In this document: in pieces, positions 46,818 through 56,160 of the stretch
Layout of the letters: each line of letters opens with the position of its first letter
Numbering within the stretch: position 1 is the first letter of the stretch
Assembly: GCA_045588675.1 (NCBI GenBank)
Contig: JAZNER010000046.1
Coordinates: 44,550 to 108,549, forward strand
DNA from: Eubacteriales bacterium
GTDB taxonomy: Bacteria; Bacillota; Clostridia; Oscillospirales; CAG-272
Reading direction: 5' to 3'
Length of the DNA stretch: 64,000 nt
The notes under the pieces: generated by a model
Told to the model about the DNA's origin: nothing
Database searches by the model: none
The model's input: only the letters and a program-made list of their open reading frames with translations
Program-made: the position numbers and the translations under genes

Positions 46818-47936
46818 ATGGAAACTCTTTTGTATTTGTTGTTAACACTTGTATTACTCAGTATAATGGTCGTTATCCATGAGCTTGGACATTTTCTTTT
46901 TGCCAAGCTTTTTCGTGTTACAATTCTGGAGTTTTCCATAGGAATGGGTCCCGCGCTCTTTACAACAGGTAAGAAAAACAAAAAAACAAAGGACACAGAG
47001 GCCCAAGAGCAGCTTAATACAGATGCGCTTTCGGGACTTGAAGCTCACGATAAGACCGTGTTCAGCATAAGAGCTTTTCCAATTGGCGGATATGTAAGCA
47101 TGGCGGGGGAGGACGAAGCTTCAACCGACGCCAATGCGTTTTGCAACAAACCTGTTTGGAAGAGGTTTTTAATCACTGTTGCGGGTCCGGTTATGAATAT
47201 CCTGCTTGGAATTATTTGTATGTTTTCTTTAGTCGGACTTGAAAGTGCGCAGACGGGCTATTTGGCATCTAATACAATCTATGGATTTCAAGAAAATTCG
47301 ATTTCAGATAAATGTGAAAATCCTCTGATGGCAGGCGATACTGTTATTTCTGTTGATGGCGTACGGGTGCATACGGGAAATGAGCTTGTTTATGAGATTA
47401 TGAATAGCGGATTTGAAGAGGTTGACCTTGTTGTTTTGCGCGACGGAAAAGAGCTCGAGCTTGAAGATGTAACATTCCCGACAGTTGTCGAAAGCGGGAC
47501 AAAATTCGGTGATTACGATTTTATAATGTTATCCGAAAAAGCGACCTTCGGAACAATAATAAAGCACTCGGTTTTCCGTTCCTTCTCAACTGTCAAGGTT
47601 ATAATTGACAGTCTTGTAGATTTGATTGGCGGTAGGTACGGAGCAGAAGCGGTTTCAGGCCCTATCGGTATGGCGGGTGCTGTTGGTGAAGCAACAAAAA
47701 GCGGAGCAAATTCGCTGCTTTATCTCTTCACCTTAATTACAATGAATTTGGGCGTCTTTAATTTGCTTCCTTTTCCTGCGCTTGACGGCGGAAGGCTGAT
47801 ATTCCTGATTATCGAAATGATCAGACGCAAGCCTGTAAAAAAGGAAATCGAGGGAGCAATTAACACGGCTGGAATTATGTTGCTTATGGCACTTATGCTG
47901 TTTGTAACATTCAAGGATATTTTTAATCTGTTCTAA
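46818..47936 (+). CDS. rseP: RIP metalloprotease RseP (site-2 protease)
   Basis: 372 aa. HELGHF zinc motif in TM1, a PDZ-like middle region, and a C-terminal NLLPFPALDGG motif. Confidence 0.9.
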   Translation: METLLYLLLTLVLLSIMVVIHELGHFLFAKLFRVTILEFSIGMGPALFTTGKKNKKTKDTEAQEQLNTDALSGLEAHDKTVFSIRAFPIGGYVSMAGEDEASTDANAFCNKPVWKRFLITVAGPVMNILLGIICMFSLVGLESAQTGYLASNTIYGFQENSISDKCENPLMAGDTVISVDGVRVHTGNELVYEIMNSGFEEVDLVVLRDGKELELEDVTFPTVVESGTKFGDYDFIMLSEKATFGTIIKHSVFRSFSTVKVIIDSLVDLIGGRYGAEAVSGPIGMAGAVGEATKSGANSLLYLFTLITMNLGVFNLLPFPALDGGRLIFLIIEMIRRKPVKKEIEGAINTAGIMLLMALMLFVTFKDIFNLF

Positions 47937-47967
47937 ACAGGATTTATAAAAGGTTTGGGGATTTTTT

Positions 47968-49056
47968 ATGATTTACAATAAAATCAGACGCAAAACAAAG
48001 GAAATATCAATAGGCAAAGTTAAAATCGGCGGAGAAAATAAGCTTGCAATTCAATCTATGACCAATACCGATACAAAGGACGCGGAGGCAACTATTGAGC
48101 AAATAAAAAGGTTGTCTTCGGCAGGCTGTGATATTGTAAGGATTACAGTTCCCGATGAAGGGGCGGCTGAAACTATTAAAATTATTAAAGAGAACGGAAT
48201 AAACACACCAATTGTTGCCGATATACATTTTGATTACCGCGCTGCACTTAAATCCGCAGAATACGGTGTTGATAAAATTCGAATTAATCCCGGAAACATT
48301 GGCGACGAGGATAGAGTGCGCGCAGTAGTTGATGCTTGTAAGAGAAGAAATATTCCAATTCGTATCGGAGTTAATAGCGGCTCTGTTGAAAAGCATATCC
48401 TTGAAAAATACGGCTCTCCAACACCCGAAGCTCTTTGCGAGAGCGCTATGTATCACGCGTCAATTCTTGAAAAATATGATTTTTACGACACGGCGATTTC
48501 GATTAAATCGTCAGATGTTGCCACTATGATTGCGGCAAACAGACTTGTCGCAGAACGGTGCGATTATCCGATACATATCGGTGTAACTGAGGCGGGCGGT
48601 GAGAAAAGAGGAACTATTAAGGGCGCGATAGGCATAGGCTCGCTTCTATGTGACGGAATTGGCGATACTTTTCGCGTTTCTCTGACTGAGGACCCCGTCA
48701 AAGAGGTTTTGGCTGCTAAAGATTTGCTCTGCGCCTTGAACATTGAAGGACAAAGCGGAATGAATATCGTAAGCTGTCCCACCTGCGGAAGAACAAAAAT
48801 TGATTTGATTTCGCTTTTGCATAAGTTTGAGGATGCTGTGCGCGACGAAGGCTTGCTTGACATTCCCGTGACTGTCGCCATAATGGGTTGTGTTGTAAAC
48901 GGCCCGGGAGAAGCGAGAGAGGCAGATCTCGGAATTGCGGGAGGCCATGGTGAGGCTCTGCTCTTTAAAAAAGGACAACCCTGTGGGAAGGTTGCCGAAG
49001 CTGATATTATATCAGCACTTATTAAGGAAATTAAAACATACAACGAAAAAAATTAA
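47968..49056 (+). CDS. ispG: 4-hydroxy-3-methylbut-2-en-1-yl diphosphate synthase (flavodoxin)
   Basis: 362 aa. VQSMTNTDT-like IQSMTNTDTKD, RINPGNIG, and Fe-S cysteines SCPTCGR...GCVVNGPGE. Confidence 0.95.
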   Translation: MIYNKIRRKTKEISIGKVKIGGENKLAIQSMTNTDTKDAEATIEQIKRLSSAGCDIVRITVPDEGAAETIKIIKENGINTPIVADIHFDYRAALKSAEYGVDKIRINPGNIGDEDRVRAVVDACKRRNIPIRIGVNSGSVEKHILEKYGSPTPEALCESAMYHASILEKYDFYDTAISIKSSDVATMIAANRLVAERCDYPIHIGVTEAGGEKRGTIKGAIGIGSLLCDGIGDTFRVSLTEDPVKEVLAAKDLLCALNIEGQSGMNIVSCPTCGRTKIDLISLLHKFEDAVRDEGLLDIPVTVAIMGCVVNGPGEAREADLGIAGGHGEALLFKKGQPCGKVAEADIISALIKEIKTYNEKN

Positions 49057-49074
49057 GGAAAGTGTCTTGCAAAG

Positions 49075-52000
49075 ATGGCTAAAACATTTTTACAGATTTT
49101 TGAAAAATACACGGCAAGTGAAAAGGATGCAAAAATTTTAAGCACTGCCGAGGATATAAAAATTCAAGCCGATAGAGAAAACCGAATAATACAAGCCTCT
49201 GCAAAGTTCAATAAGCTTATAGAGAAAGAGGACTTATACCGTATAGAGCGTGAAATCGCGAAGGCGTATAATTTATCTTGGGTTAAAATTATGCCACACT
49301 ATCCAAGTGAGCTTTTTGATAGTGATTATATTCCGGAGCTTTTGCGAGAAACAGAAAATGTTGGCATTGTAGCGAGAGGTTTTTTCTCAAAATACCGCTA
49401 CCGGTTGGACGCGGGAACATTGACAATTGAAATTCCATTCTCTGCCGACGGTGTCAGCTTGCTTTGTGATGCAAGAACTCCAGAGGTTATAGAGGCGATT
49501 ATAAGGTCGGAATTTTCTATTAACATAAAGGTTAATATCATACATACAAACGATGAGATATTTTTGGCAAGTAATAATTCTCTCGACCGCACGCTTGAAG
49601 AATTTGACAAGAGAATGGCGGCTGAGGCTCGCGCATACGAGCAGAGAAGCAAAGCAATAGCTGACGGTCAGATGACAGAGGAGATTTTGCCGAGAAAAAC
49701 ATCAATATTTGATACAGAGGCAAAGCCTGTTACAGATAATGGAACTTGCCAAATCGGCACAAGCAAATTTGATATATCTGCTCCTGATTATGTTTATGGC
49801 AGTGAGTTTGCTATAGCTCCAATCTCAATAGCGACAATAGACCAGCCCCAGAGAAATATTGTAATTGTCGGCACAGTGTTTGATTATTCGCAGGAGCCGT
49901 CTCGTTCAGGAGATAAGATGAATATTTCCTTCTCAGTCACAGACGGAAACTCGTCTATTGAGGTTAAGTGCTTTGCAACCCTTGAGGACGCAGACGATAT
50001 TTCAGCAAATGTAAAAAATGGCTCTGTGATTGCCTTGAATGGATATACAAAGAGGGAGATCCGTAAAGACAAAACAGAGGGGCCTGAGCTTATATTTTAT
50101 TTTAGCGACATTGCGAAAATTAAAAAGGTTGTCAGAGCTGACAATGCGCCCGTCAAGCGTGTTGAGCTTCATTTGCATACCAATATGTCGCATATGGATG
50201 CGCTTATTCCACCATCAGAGGCGGTTAAGCAGGCAAAGGCTTGGGGGCATCCCGCTGTCGCTATAACCGACCACGGTACAGTTCAAGGCTATCAGGATGC
50301 CATGCTTGCGTCTGAAAAAATAGGTCAAAAGGTTATTTACGGCGTTGAAGCCTATTTTGTAAACGATACCGCAGGTGCGCTTTATGGAGCATATGGTGGT
50401 GAGTTTGATGACGAAACAGTTGTTTTTGATATTGAAACAACAGGTCTATCGGTACAGAATTGCAAAATTACCGAGATTGGCGCCGTTAAAATTAAAAACG
50501 GCAAGGTAATTGATACATTCAATACATTTGTAAACCCTGAGGTGCCTATTCCTGCCGAAATTGTTGAGCTTACCTCAATTACTGATGAAATGGTCAATGA
50601 TGCGCCTAAGGTTAGGGAAGCCCTTGAATTGTTCTTTGCATTTATCGGTGACGAAAGCACTCGTAATAAAGTATTGCTTGTCGCTCATAATGCTGATTTT
50701 GATACGGGCTTTATAAGATATGCCGCAAAGGAATGCGGACTTGAATTTGGTAACCCATATCTTGATACTGTTGCCTTGTCGCGTTATTTAAATCCCGAAT
50801 TAAAAAAGCATAAGCTTGATGTGCTTGCACAGTTTTATAATCTCGGAGAGTTCAATCATCACCGTGCTTGTGATGACGCTGCTATGCTTGCAGCAATTTA
50901 TTTCAAGATGATTGCAAGTATGAAGGAGCGTGATGTCAAGAGCTTTGCGCAGCTTAAGCGTGATATGAGCGCAAATTCCAACCCTCTGACACTCAAGCCG
51001 TATCATCAGATAATACTTGTTAAGAATAAGATCGGTCTTAAAAATCTGTACAAGCTTATTTCTTACGGATTTTTGAAATATTATAAAAGACATCCGCGCA
51101 TTCCTAAAACCGAGCTTGAAAAGCATAGAGAGGGGCTTATAATTGGCTCTGCCTGCGAGGCGGGAGAGCTATTCACGGCAATTCTTGAAAACAAGCCTGA
51201 GGCGGAGATTGAGGAAATCGTAAATTTCTACGACTACCTTGAAATTCAACCTATTTCCAATAACGGCTTTCTGATTGCCGAGGACAAGGCCCGTGATGAA
51301 GAGGACTTGCGCAATCTTAACCGCAAAATCGTTGAGCTTGGTGAAAAATACAACAAGATTGTTGTTGCTACCTGTGACGCGCACTTTCTCAATGACGAGG
51401 ACGAGCTTTACAGAAAGATTTTGCTTGCGGGACAAAAGTATAAGGATTTTGACCGCGATGCGCATATTTATTATCGCACGACCGAAGAAATGCTTGAAGA
51501 GTTCGCGTATCTTGGTAAAGAAAAGGCTTATGAGGTAGTTGTTACAAACACAAACCTTATAAACGATATGATTGAAAGTGATATTCGTCCTTTCCCCAAA
51601 GGCACTTTTACTCCCGAAATGGAGGGAGCAGAGGAGGATTTAACGCGCATTTGCTATGAAAGGGCAAAATCAATGTATGGCGACCCTTTGCCGGAGCTTG
51701 TTGAGAACAGACTAAACAAGGAGCTTACCTCAATTATTAAGAATGGCTTTGCCGTGCTTTATATGATTGCTCAAAAGCTTGTTTGGTATAGCGAAAGTCA
51801 AGGGTACCTTGTAGGCTCTCGTGGCTCAGTCGGTTCATCGTTTGTAGCGTCTATGGCGGGAATTTCGGAGGTTAATCCTCTGCCGCCGCATTATTGGTGC
51901 CCTAAATGCCAATATAGTGATTTTTCCAATCCCGATAAGGTTGGATCGGGCTTTGACCTGCCCGATAAAAACTGTCCTGTTTGCGGGACAAAGCTGAATG

Positions 52001-53484
52001 CAGACGGTCATCATATTCCTTTCGAAACATTTCTTGGCTTCCACGGCGATAAGTCTCCCGATATTGACTTGAACTTCTCCGGCGAGGTGCAGGGAAGAGT
52101 TCACAAATACACAGAGGAATTATTCGGAGCTGAAAACGTATTCCGCGCGGGAACAATCGGTACTCTTGCCGATAAAACTGCTTACGGATATGTTATGAAA
52201 TACCTTGAGGAAAAGGGAATTAGCCTTCCTCGCGCTGAGGTAAACCGAATTGTATCAAAATGTGTCGGCGTTAAGCGTTCAACAGGACAGCATCCCGGTG
52301 GCATTGTCGTTGTGCCGAAGCAGTATGAAATATATGATTTCTGCCCGGTTCAACACCCTGCCGACGACCCGAACTCCGACATAGTTACAACCCACTTTAC
52401 ATTTGAATATTTGCACGACACTTTGCTTAAGCTTGATGAGCTTGGGCACGATATGCCGACAAAGTACAAGTATCTTGAAAAATATTCAAACACAAGCGTT
52501 ATGGATGTTGCTATGAACGACAAATCGGTTTATGAATTGTTCCTTTCAACAAAGCCTCTCGGTGTTTCGCCCGAAGATATAAACTCTAAAATCGGTACAT
52601 TTGGACTCCCCGAATTTGGAACTAAATTCGTTATGGGAATGGTTGAAGAGGCAAAGCCAAAATCCTTTTCTGACCTTTTGCAGATTTCGGGCCTTTCACA
52701 CGGAACAGACGTATGGCTTGGAAATGCACAAGAGCTTATTAAAGAAGGTATTTGCGATATTTCAAAGGTTATCGGTTGTCGTGATAACATAATGAACGAC
52801 CTGATTGCATATGGTGTTGAAAATTCGCTGTCGTTTAAGATAATGGAAGCAGTACGAAAGGGCAAGGGACTTACGCCCGAATTTGAGGCAGCTATGAGAG
52901 AGGCTAATGTACCCGAGTGGTACATCGACTCCTGTAAAAAAATCAAATATATGTTCCCGAAGGCGCATGCCGCAGCTTATGTAATGTCGGCAATTCGTCT
53001 TGGCTGGTACAAGGTTCACAAGCCGCTTGCATTTTATTGCGCTATGTTCACGGTTGCCCCGGGCGGCTTTGACGCCGAAATAGTAATGGGCGGAAGAAGC
53101 AAGGTCAGGGCGACTATTAAAGAAATTGAAAAACGAATTAACTCAAAGGAAGCAACGCCTAAAGAGAAGGACAGTCTTCCTTCGCTCCAGCTGATTAACG
53201 AGGCTATGGCAAGAGGAATTAAGTTTTTACCGATCAATATTATTAAGTCTGAGGCGTCGGCATTTATTCCTGAAAATAATTCAATCCGTATGCCATTCTC
53301 GGCACTTGGAGGTCTTGGTGAGAACGCGGCGGCAAATATTGTAGCGGCGAGAGAGGAAGAAATGTTCTTCTCGGTTGAGGATTTGCAAATCAGAGCAAAG
53401 CTTTCAAAAACTGTTATTGATACCTTGCGCAAAAACCGTGTTCTTGAAGGACTTGACGAAACCGACCAGCTTTCATTCTTTTAA
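49075..53484 (+). CDS. polC: PolC-type DNA polymerase III
   Basis: 1469 aa. PHP domain LHLHTNMSHMDA. DEDDh exonuclease insert VVFDIETTGL...AHNADFD...HRACDDA. Zn-finger CPKC...CPVCG. Polymerase core PDIDLNF. Confidence 0.97.
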   Translation: MAKTFLQIFEKYTASEKDAKILSTAEDIKIQADRENRIIQASAKFNKLIEKEDLYRIEREIAKAYNLSWVKIMPHYPSELFDSDYIPELLRETENVGIVARGFFSKYRYRLDAGTLTIEIPFSADGVSLLCDARTPEVIEAIIRSEFSINIKVNIIHTNDEIFLASNNSLDRTLEEFDKRMAAEARAYEQRSKAIADGQMTEEILPRKTSIFDTEAKPVTDNGTCQIGTSKFDISAPDYVYGSEFAIAPISIATIDQPQRNIVIVGTVFDYSQEPSRSGDKMNISFSVTDGNSSIEVKCFATLEDADDISANVKNGSVIALNGYTKREIRKDKTEGPELIFYFSDIAKIKKVVRADNAPVKRVELHLHTNMSHMDALIPPSEAVKQAKAWGHPAVAITDHGTVQGYQDAMLASEKIGQKVIYGVEAYFVNDTAGALYGAYGGEFDDETVVFDIETTGLSVQNCKITEIGAVKIKNGKVIDTFNTFVNPEVPIPAEIVELTSITDEMVNDAPKVREALELFFAFIGDESTRNKVLLVAHNADFDTGFIRYAAKECGLEFGNPYLDTVALSRYLNPELKKHKLDVLAQFYNLGEFNHHRACDDAAMLAAIYFKMIASMKERDVKSFAQLKRDMSANSNPLTLKPYHQIILVKNKIGLKNLYKLISYGFLKYYKRHPRIPKTELEKHREGLIIGSACEAGELFTAILENKPEAEIEEIVNFYDYLEIQPISNNGFLIAEDKARDEEDLRNLNRKIVELGEKYNKIVVATCDAHFLNDEDELYRKILLAGQKYKDFDRDAHIYYRTTEEMLEEFAYLGKEKAYEVVVTNTNLINDMIESDIRPFPKGTFTPEMEGAEEDLTRICYERAKSMYGDPLPELVENRLNKELTSIIKNGFAVLYMIAQKLVWYSESQGYLVGSRGSVGSSFVASMAGISEVNPLPPHYWCPKCQYSDFSNPDKVGSGFDLPDKNCPVCGTKLNADGHHIPFETFLGFHGDKSPDIDLNFSGEVQGRVHKYTEELFGAENVFRAGTIGTLADKTAYGYVMKYLEEKGISLPRAEVNRIVSKCVGVKRSTGQHPGGIVVVPKQYEIYDFCPVQHPADDPNSDIVTTHFTFEYLHDTLLKLDELGHDMPTKYKYLEKYSNTSVMDVAMNDKSVYELFLSTKPLGVSPEDINSKIGTFGLPEFGTKFVMGMVEEAKPKSFSDLLQISGLSHGTDVWLGNAQELIKEGICDISKVIGCRDNIMNDLIAYGVENSLSFKIMEAVRKGKGLTPEFEAAMREANVPEWYIDSCKKIKYMFPKAHAAAYVMSAIRLGWYKVHKPLAFYCAMFTVAPGGFDAEIVMGGRSKVRATIKEIEKRINSKEATPKEKDSLPSLQLINEAMARGIKFLPINIIKSEASAFIPENNSIRMPFSALGGLGENAAANIVAAREEEMFFSVEDLQIRAKLSKTVIDTLRKNRVLEGLDETDQLSFF

Positions 53485-53502
53485 ACATTTAAAAATAAAT
53501 AT

Positions 53503-53537
53503 AAAAAAGCCCGACAAATGTCGGGCTTTAAATTTTT
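53503..53537. terminator. bidirectional rho-independent terminator between polC and the LRR gene
   Basis: AAAAAAGCCCGAC-aaat-GTCGGGCTTT, followed by AAATTTTT. Confidence 0.85.
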
Positions 53538-54207
53538 ACGAAACCTTATTCAAGGAATTGATACCGCACTCAAAAAATGCATCCTTGTTTATAACTGTAT
53601 GCTGAGGTATATCAATGTAATTTATTGAAACACAGTATGCAAAAGCATATTCGTCAATGTATTCAAGCTTTTTTGGAAGATTGATTTGTCGGAGGGAGGT
53701 GCAGGCGTAAAAGACACCGTTCTCTATTAGCTTTAAGCTTTCGGGAAGATTGGCTTTGACCAAGCTTCTGCAACCCTCAAATGCTGAAGCTCCGATTTTT
53801 AAAGCTGTCTTTGGAATTTCAATTGAATTGAGGTTGGGGCAATAGGCAAAGGCCTTCTCTCCAATATAAGATAAATTTTTTCCAAGATTTACTTGATTTA
53901 ATTTATCACAACCCATAAATGCTCGGCTGTCAATGCTTATAACTGAGTTAAGCTCAATTCTTTCAAGATTTGGACACCAAGCGAAAGCGGAATTACCAAT
54001 GAATACAACCGATTTTGGCAGGGAAACACTCTTTATTTGATTGCAACGGATAAAAGCCTCATCAGCAATGCCGACGATTTTTAAACCATTTTCATTTAAT
54101 CGAGGAATAACTAAATTTTCATCACGGCAGTTACCGATACCGCAAATGATAATTTCGTTTTTTTCGGTAGCTTTGTATTCAAAGCCATATGAAAATAAGC
54201 TTTTCAA
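53536..54207 (-). CDS. leucine-rich repeat protein (BspA-type LRR), no signal peptide
   Basis: 223 aa, TTG start 8 nt after GGAGG. About seven ~23-aa repeats of the type IGxxAFxxCxxLxxIxLPxxL (IGNSAFAWCPNLERIEL, IGEKAFAYCPNLNSIEI, IGASAFEGCRSLVKANL, ...). Confidence 0.7.
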   Translation of the reverse strand: MKSLFSYGFEYKATEKNEIIICGIGNCRDENLVIPRLNENGLKIVGIADEAFIRCNQIKSVSLPKSVVFIGNSAFAWCPNLERIELNSVISIDSRAFMGCDKLNQVNLGKNLSYIGEKAFAYCPNLNSIEIPKTALKIGASAFEGCRSLVKANLPESLKLIENGVFYACTSLRQINLPKKLEYIDEYAFAYCVSINYIDIPQHTVINKDAFFECGINSLNKVS

Positions 54208-54493
54208 ATCAAGCGCCTCCTTCCAAAATTTTTATACGACACAAAAATTCCTTGTTATACGCATATATAGATTTTACACCAAAAACGACCTTTTGTCAAC
54301 CCCATTCGCATAATTTAGGCACATTTTAGCTGTTTTTTAGGCATTTTGTGCAGTCAAATCCTACGATACATAGGAATTTTATTCCAAAAAATAAAGAAAT
54401 ATGCAAAAGTAATTTTTAACCTTATATTTATTAACTATTTATTAATTATTTTCTGCTAAAATAAAGTTAATGGTTTAAATGGAGGCTTTTATT

Positions 54494-54937
54494 ATGAAAA
54501 CAACGGTTGAAATTAAAAAGCTTGATGAAAGGGCAATAGTGCCAAGCTACGGTACTGAGTTTTCAGCGGGGGCGGATATTTATGCTCTTTGCGATGAGAA
54601 AATAACTATCAATCCGCACGAAACTTGCCTTATACACACGGGTATTTCTATGTCTATCCCGAATGGACTTGTAGGACTTGTGTTTGCAAGAAGCGGAATG
54701 GCGACAAAGCGCTCTTTAGCACCCGCTAACAAGGTTGGTGTAATTGATAGTGATTATCGAGGCGAGGTAATGGTTGCACTTCATAATCACGGAGATGCTC
54801 CTCAAACGATAGAGCAAGGCGACAGAATAGCGCAGATTTCTTTTGTTCCGTACTATACAGCCGAGTTTTTGGTTGTAGATGAGCTTGACAAAACTGTTCG
54901 CGGTAGCGGCGGATTTGGCTCTACGGGGATAAAATAA
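54494..54937 (+). CDS. dut: dUTP diphosphatase
   Basis: ATG at 54494 follows GGAGG. SAGADIYA, ARSGMA, GVIDSDYRGEV, and the C-terminal RGSGGFGSTG motif. Confidence 0.9.
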   Translation: MKTTVEIKKLDERAIVPSYGTEFSAGADIYALCDEKITINPHETCLIHTGISMSIPNGLVGLVFARSGMATKRSLAPANKVGVIDSDYRGEVMVALHNHGDAPQTIEQGDRIAQISFVPYYTAEFLVVDELDKTVRGSGGFGSTGIK

Positions 54938-55005
54938 TTTTAATTGTTTTTTTGTAAAAAGCTTATAATTGTATTTATTTGTAAAGAATGAGAGGGTTAA
55001 GTATT

Positions 55006-56145
55006 ATGACAAAAATTGATATATTTTCAGGTTTTTTAGGCGCGGGCAAAACAACGCTTATAAAAAAGCTGATTGAAGAAGCATATAAGGGCGAAAAAAT
55101 TGTTCTTATCGAAAATGAGTTTGGTGAGATTGGAATTGACGGCGGTTTTCTTGCTGAGGCGGGAATTCAGATTAACGAAATGAATTCAGGTTGTATTTGC
55201 TGTTCGCTGGTAGGGGATTTTGCAGAGGCGCTTCAAAAGGTTATTTCTGAATATGCGCCTGACAGGATTTTAATTGAGCCTTCGGGTGTTGGTAAGCTCT
55301 CTGATGTAATCAAAGCAGTTCAAGGAGCAAATACACAGGGTGCAGAGCTTAATGGCTTTACAACAATTGTTGATGCTAACAAGTGTAAAATGCATATGAA
55401 GAATTTTGGTGAGTTCTTTAATGACCAGATTGAAAATGCAGGCTGTATAGTATTAAGTCATACAAGCAATATTTCTGACAGTAAAGTCAAGGATTGCGTA
55501 GAGCTTTTAAAGGAGCATAACAGTACTGCTGTAATTGTAACAACACCTTGGGAGAAGCTTTCGGGCGAGCAATTGATTGAGGCTATGGAAAGAAAATCAA
55601 CTCTTGAGGCAGAGCTCAAAAGACTTGCGGAGCAAGCCGAAGAAGAACACGAGCACCACCACGACGGCGAGTGCTGTCACCACGACCACGAGCATCATCA
55701 CGATGGTGAATGCTGTCACCACGACCACGAGCATCATCACGACGGCGAGTGCTGTCACCACGACCACGAGCATCATCACGATGGCGAGTGCTGTCACCAC
55801 GACCACGAGCATCACCACGATGGCGAGTGCTGTCGCCACGACCATAAGCATCATCATCACGCCGATGATGTCTTTACAAGTCACGGAGCTGAAACAACCC
55901 AAAAATTTAATGCAGACGAATTAAAGGCTGTTTTGGATAGCTTTACAGACGAGGATAAATACGGAATTATTTTGCGTGCAAAGGGAATTGTTGAGTCAGA
56001 TGACGGACGCTGGATCCACTTTGATTATATTCCCGGTGAAACAGACATCCGTTACGGCTCGGCAGGTATTATAGGCAGACTTTGTGTAATCGGCTCAAAG
56101 CTTAACAGCTCTGCAGTAGCAGAGGCTCTTGGCGTTAATTTTTAA
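55006..56145 (+). CDS. COG0523/CobW-family G3E GTPase (putative metallochaperone) with a (HEHHHDGECCHHD)x5 insert
   Basis: ATG at 55006 (MTKIDIFSGFLGAGKTTLIKKL). P-loop, then CxCC metal motif SGCICCS, then a CobW_C-like tail (YGIILRAKGIV...RLCVIGSKL). Five tandem 13-aa His/Cys/acidic repeats sit between the domains. Confidence 0.85.
   Translation: MTKIDIFSGFLGAGKTTLIKKLIEEAYKGEKIVLIENEFGEIGIDGGFLAEAGIQINEMNSGCICCSLVGDFAEALQKVISEYAPDRILIEPSGVGKLSDVIKAVQGANTQGAELNGFTTIVDANKCKMHMKNFGEFFNDQIENAGCIVLSHTSNISDSKVKDCVELLKEHNSTAVIVTTPWEKLSGEQLIEAMERKSTLEAELKRLAEQAEEEHEHHHDGECCHHDHEHHHDGECCHHDHEHHHDGECCHHDHEHHHDGECCHHDHEHHHDGECCRHDHKHHHHADDVFTSHGAETTQKFNADELKAVLDSFTDEDKYGIILRAKGIVESDDGRWIHFDYIPGETDIRYGSAGIIGRLCVIGSKLNSSAVAEALGVNF
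55648..55860 (+). repeat. five tandem 39-bp coding repeats plus a partial sixth (His/Cys-rich linker)
   Basis: Units at 55648-55686, 55687-55725, 55726-55764, 55765-55803 and 55804-55842. The consensus is cacgagcatcatcacgayggygartgctgtcaccacgac. Units differ almost only at synonymous third positions, with one CAC->CGC change in unit 5. The array is followed by HKHHHH. Confidence 0.95.
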
Positions 56146-56160
56146 TTGAGAGGTATATAA

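Noticed and set aside
54938-55005. A Zur/Fur-type operator upstream of the COG0523 pair
   Set aside because: I looked for a TCGTAAT-N-ATTACGA-like palindrome or another clear dyad between dut and the GTPase gene and saw none. The region is AT-rich, and a proper PWM scan would be needed.
55648-55860. The possibility that the 39-bp direct repeats are a CRISPR array
   Set aside because: The units are contiguous with no spacers, sit in frame inside a conserved gene, and encode a coherent peptide repeat. No cas genes are nearby.
55577-55924. A + strand 115-aa ORF and a minus-strand 101-aa ORF (55597-55902) with striking T/V/M-rich repeats
   Set aside because: They are alternative-frame and antisense read-throughs of the 39-bp His/Cys repeat inside the COG0523 gene. 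Their periodicity is inherited from that repeat.
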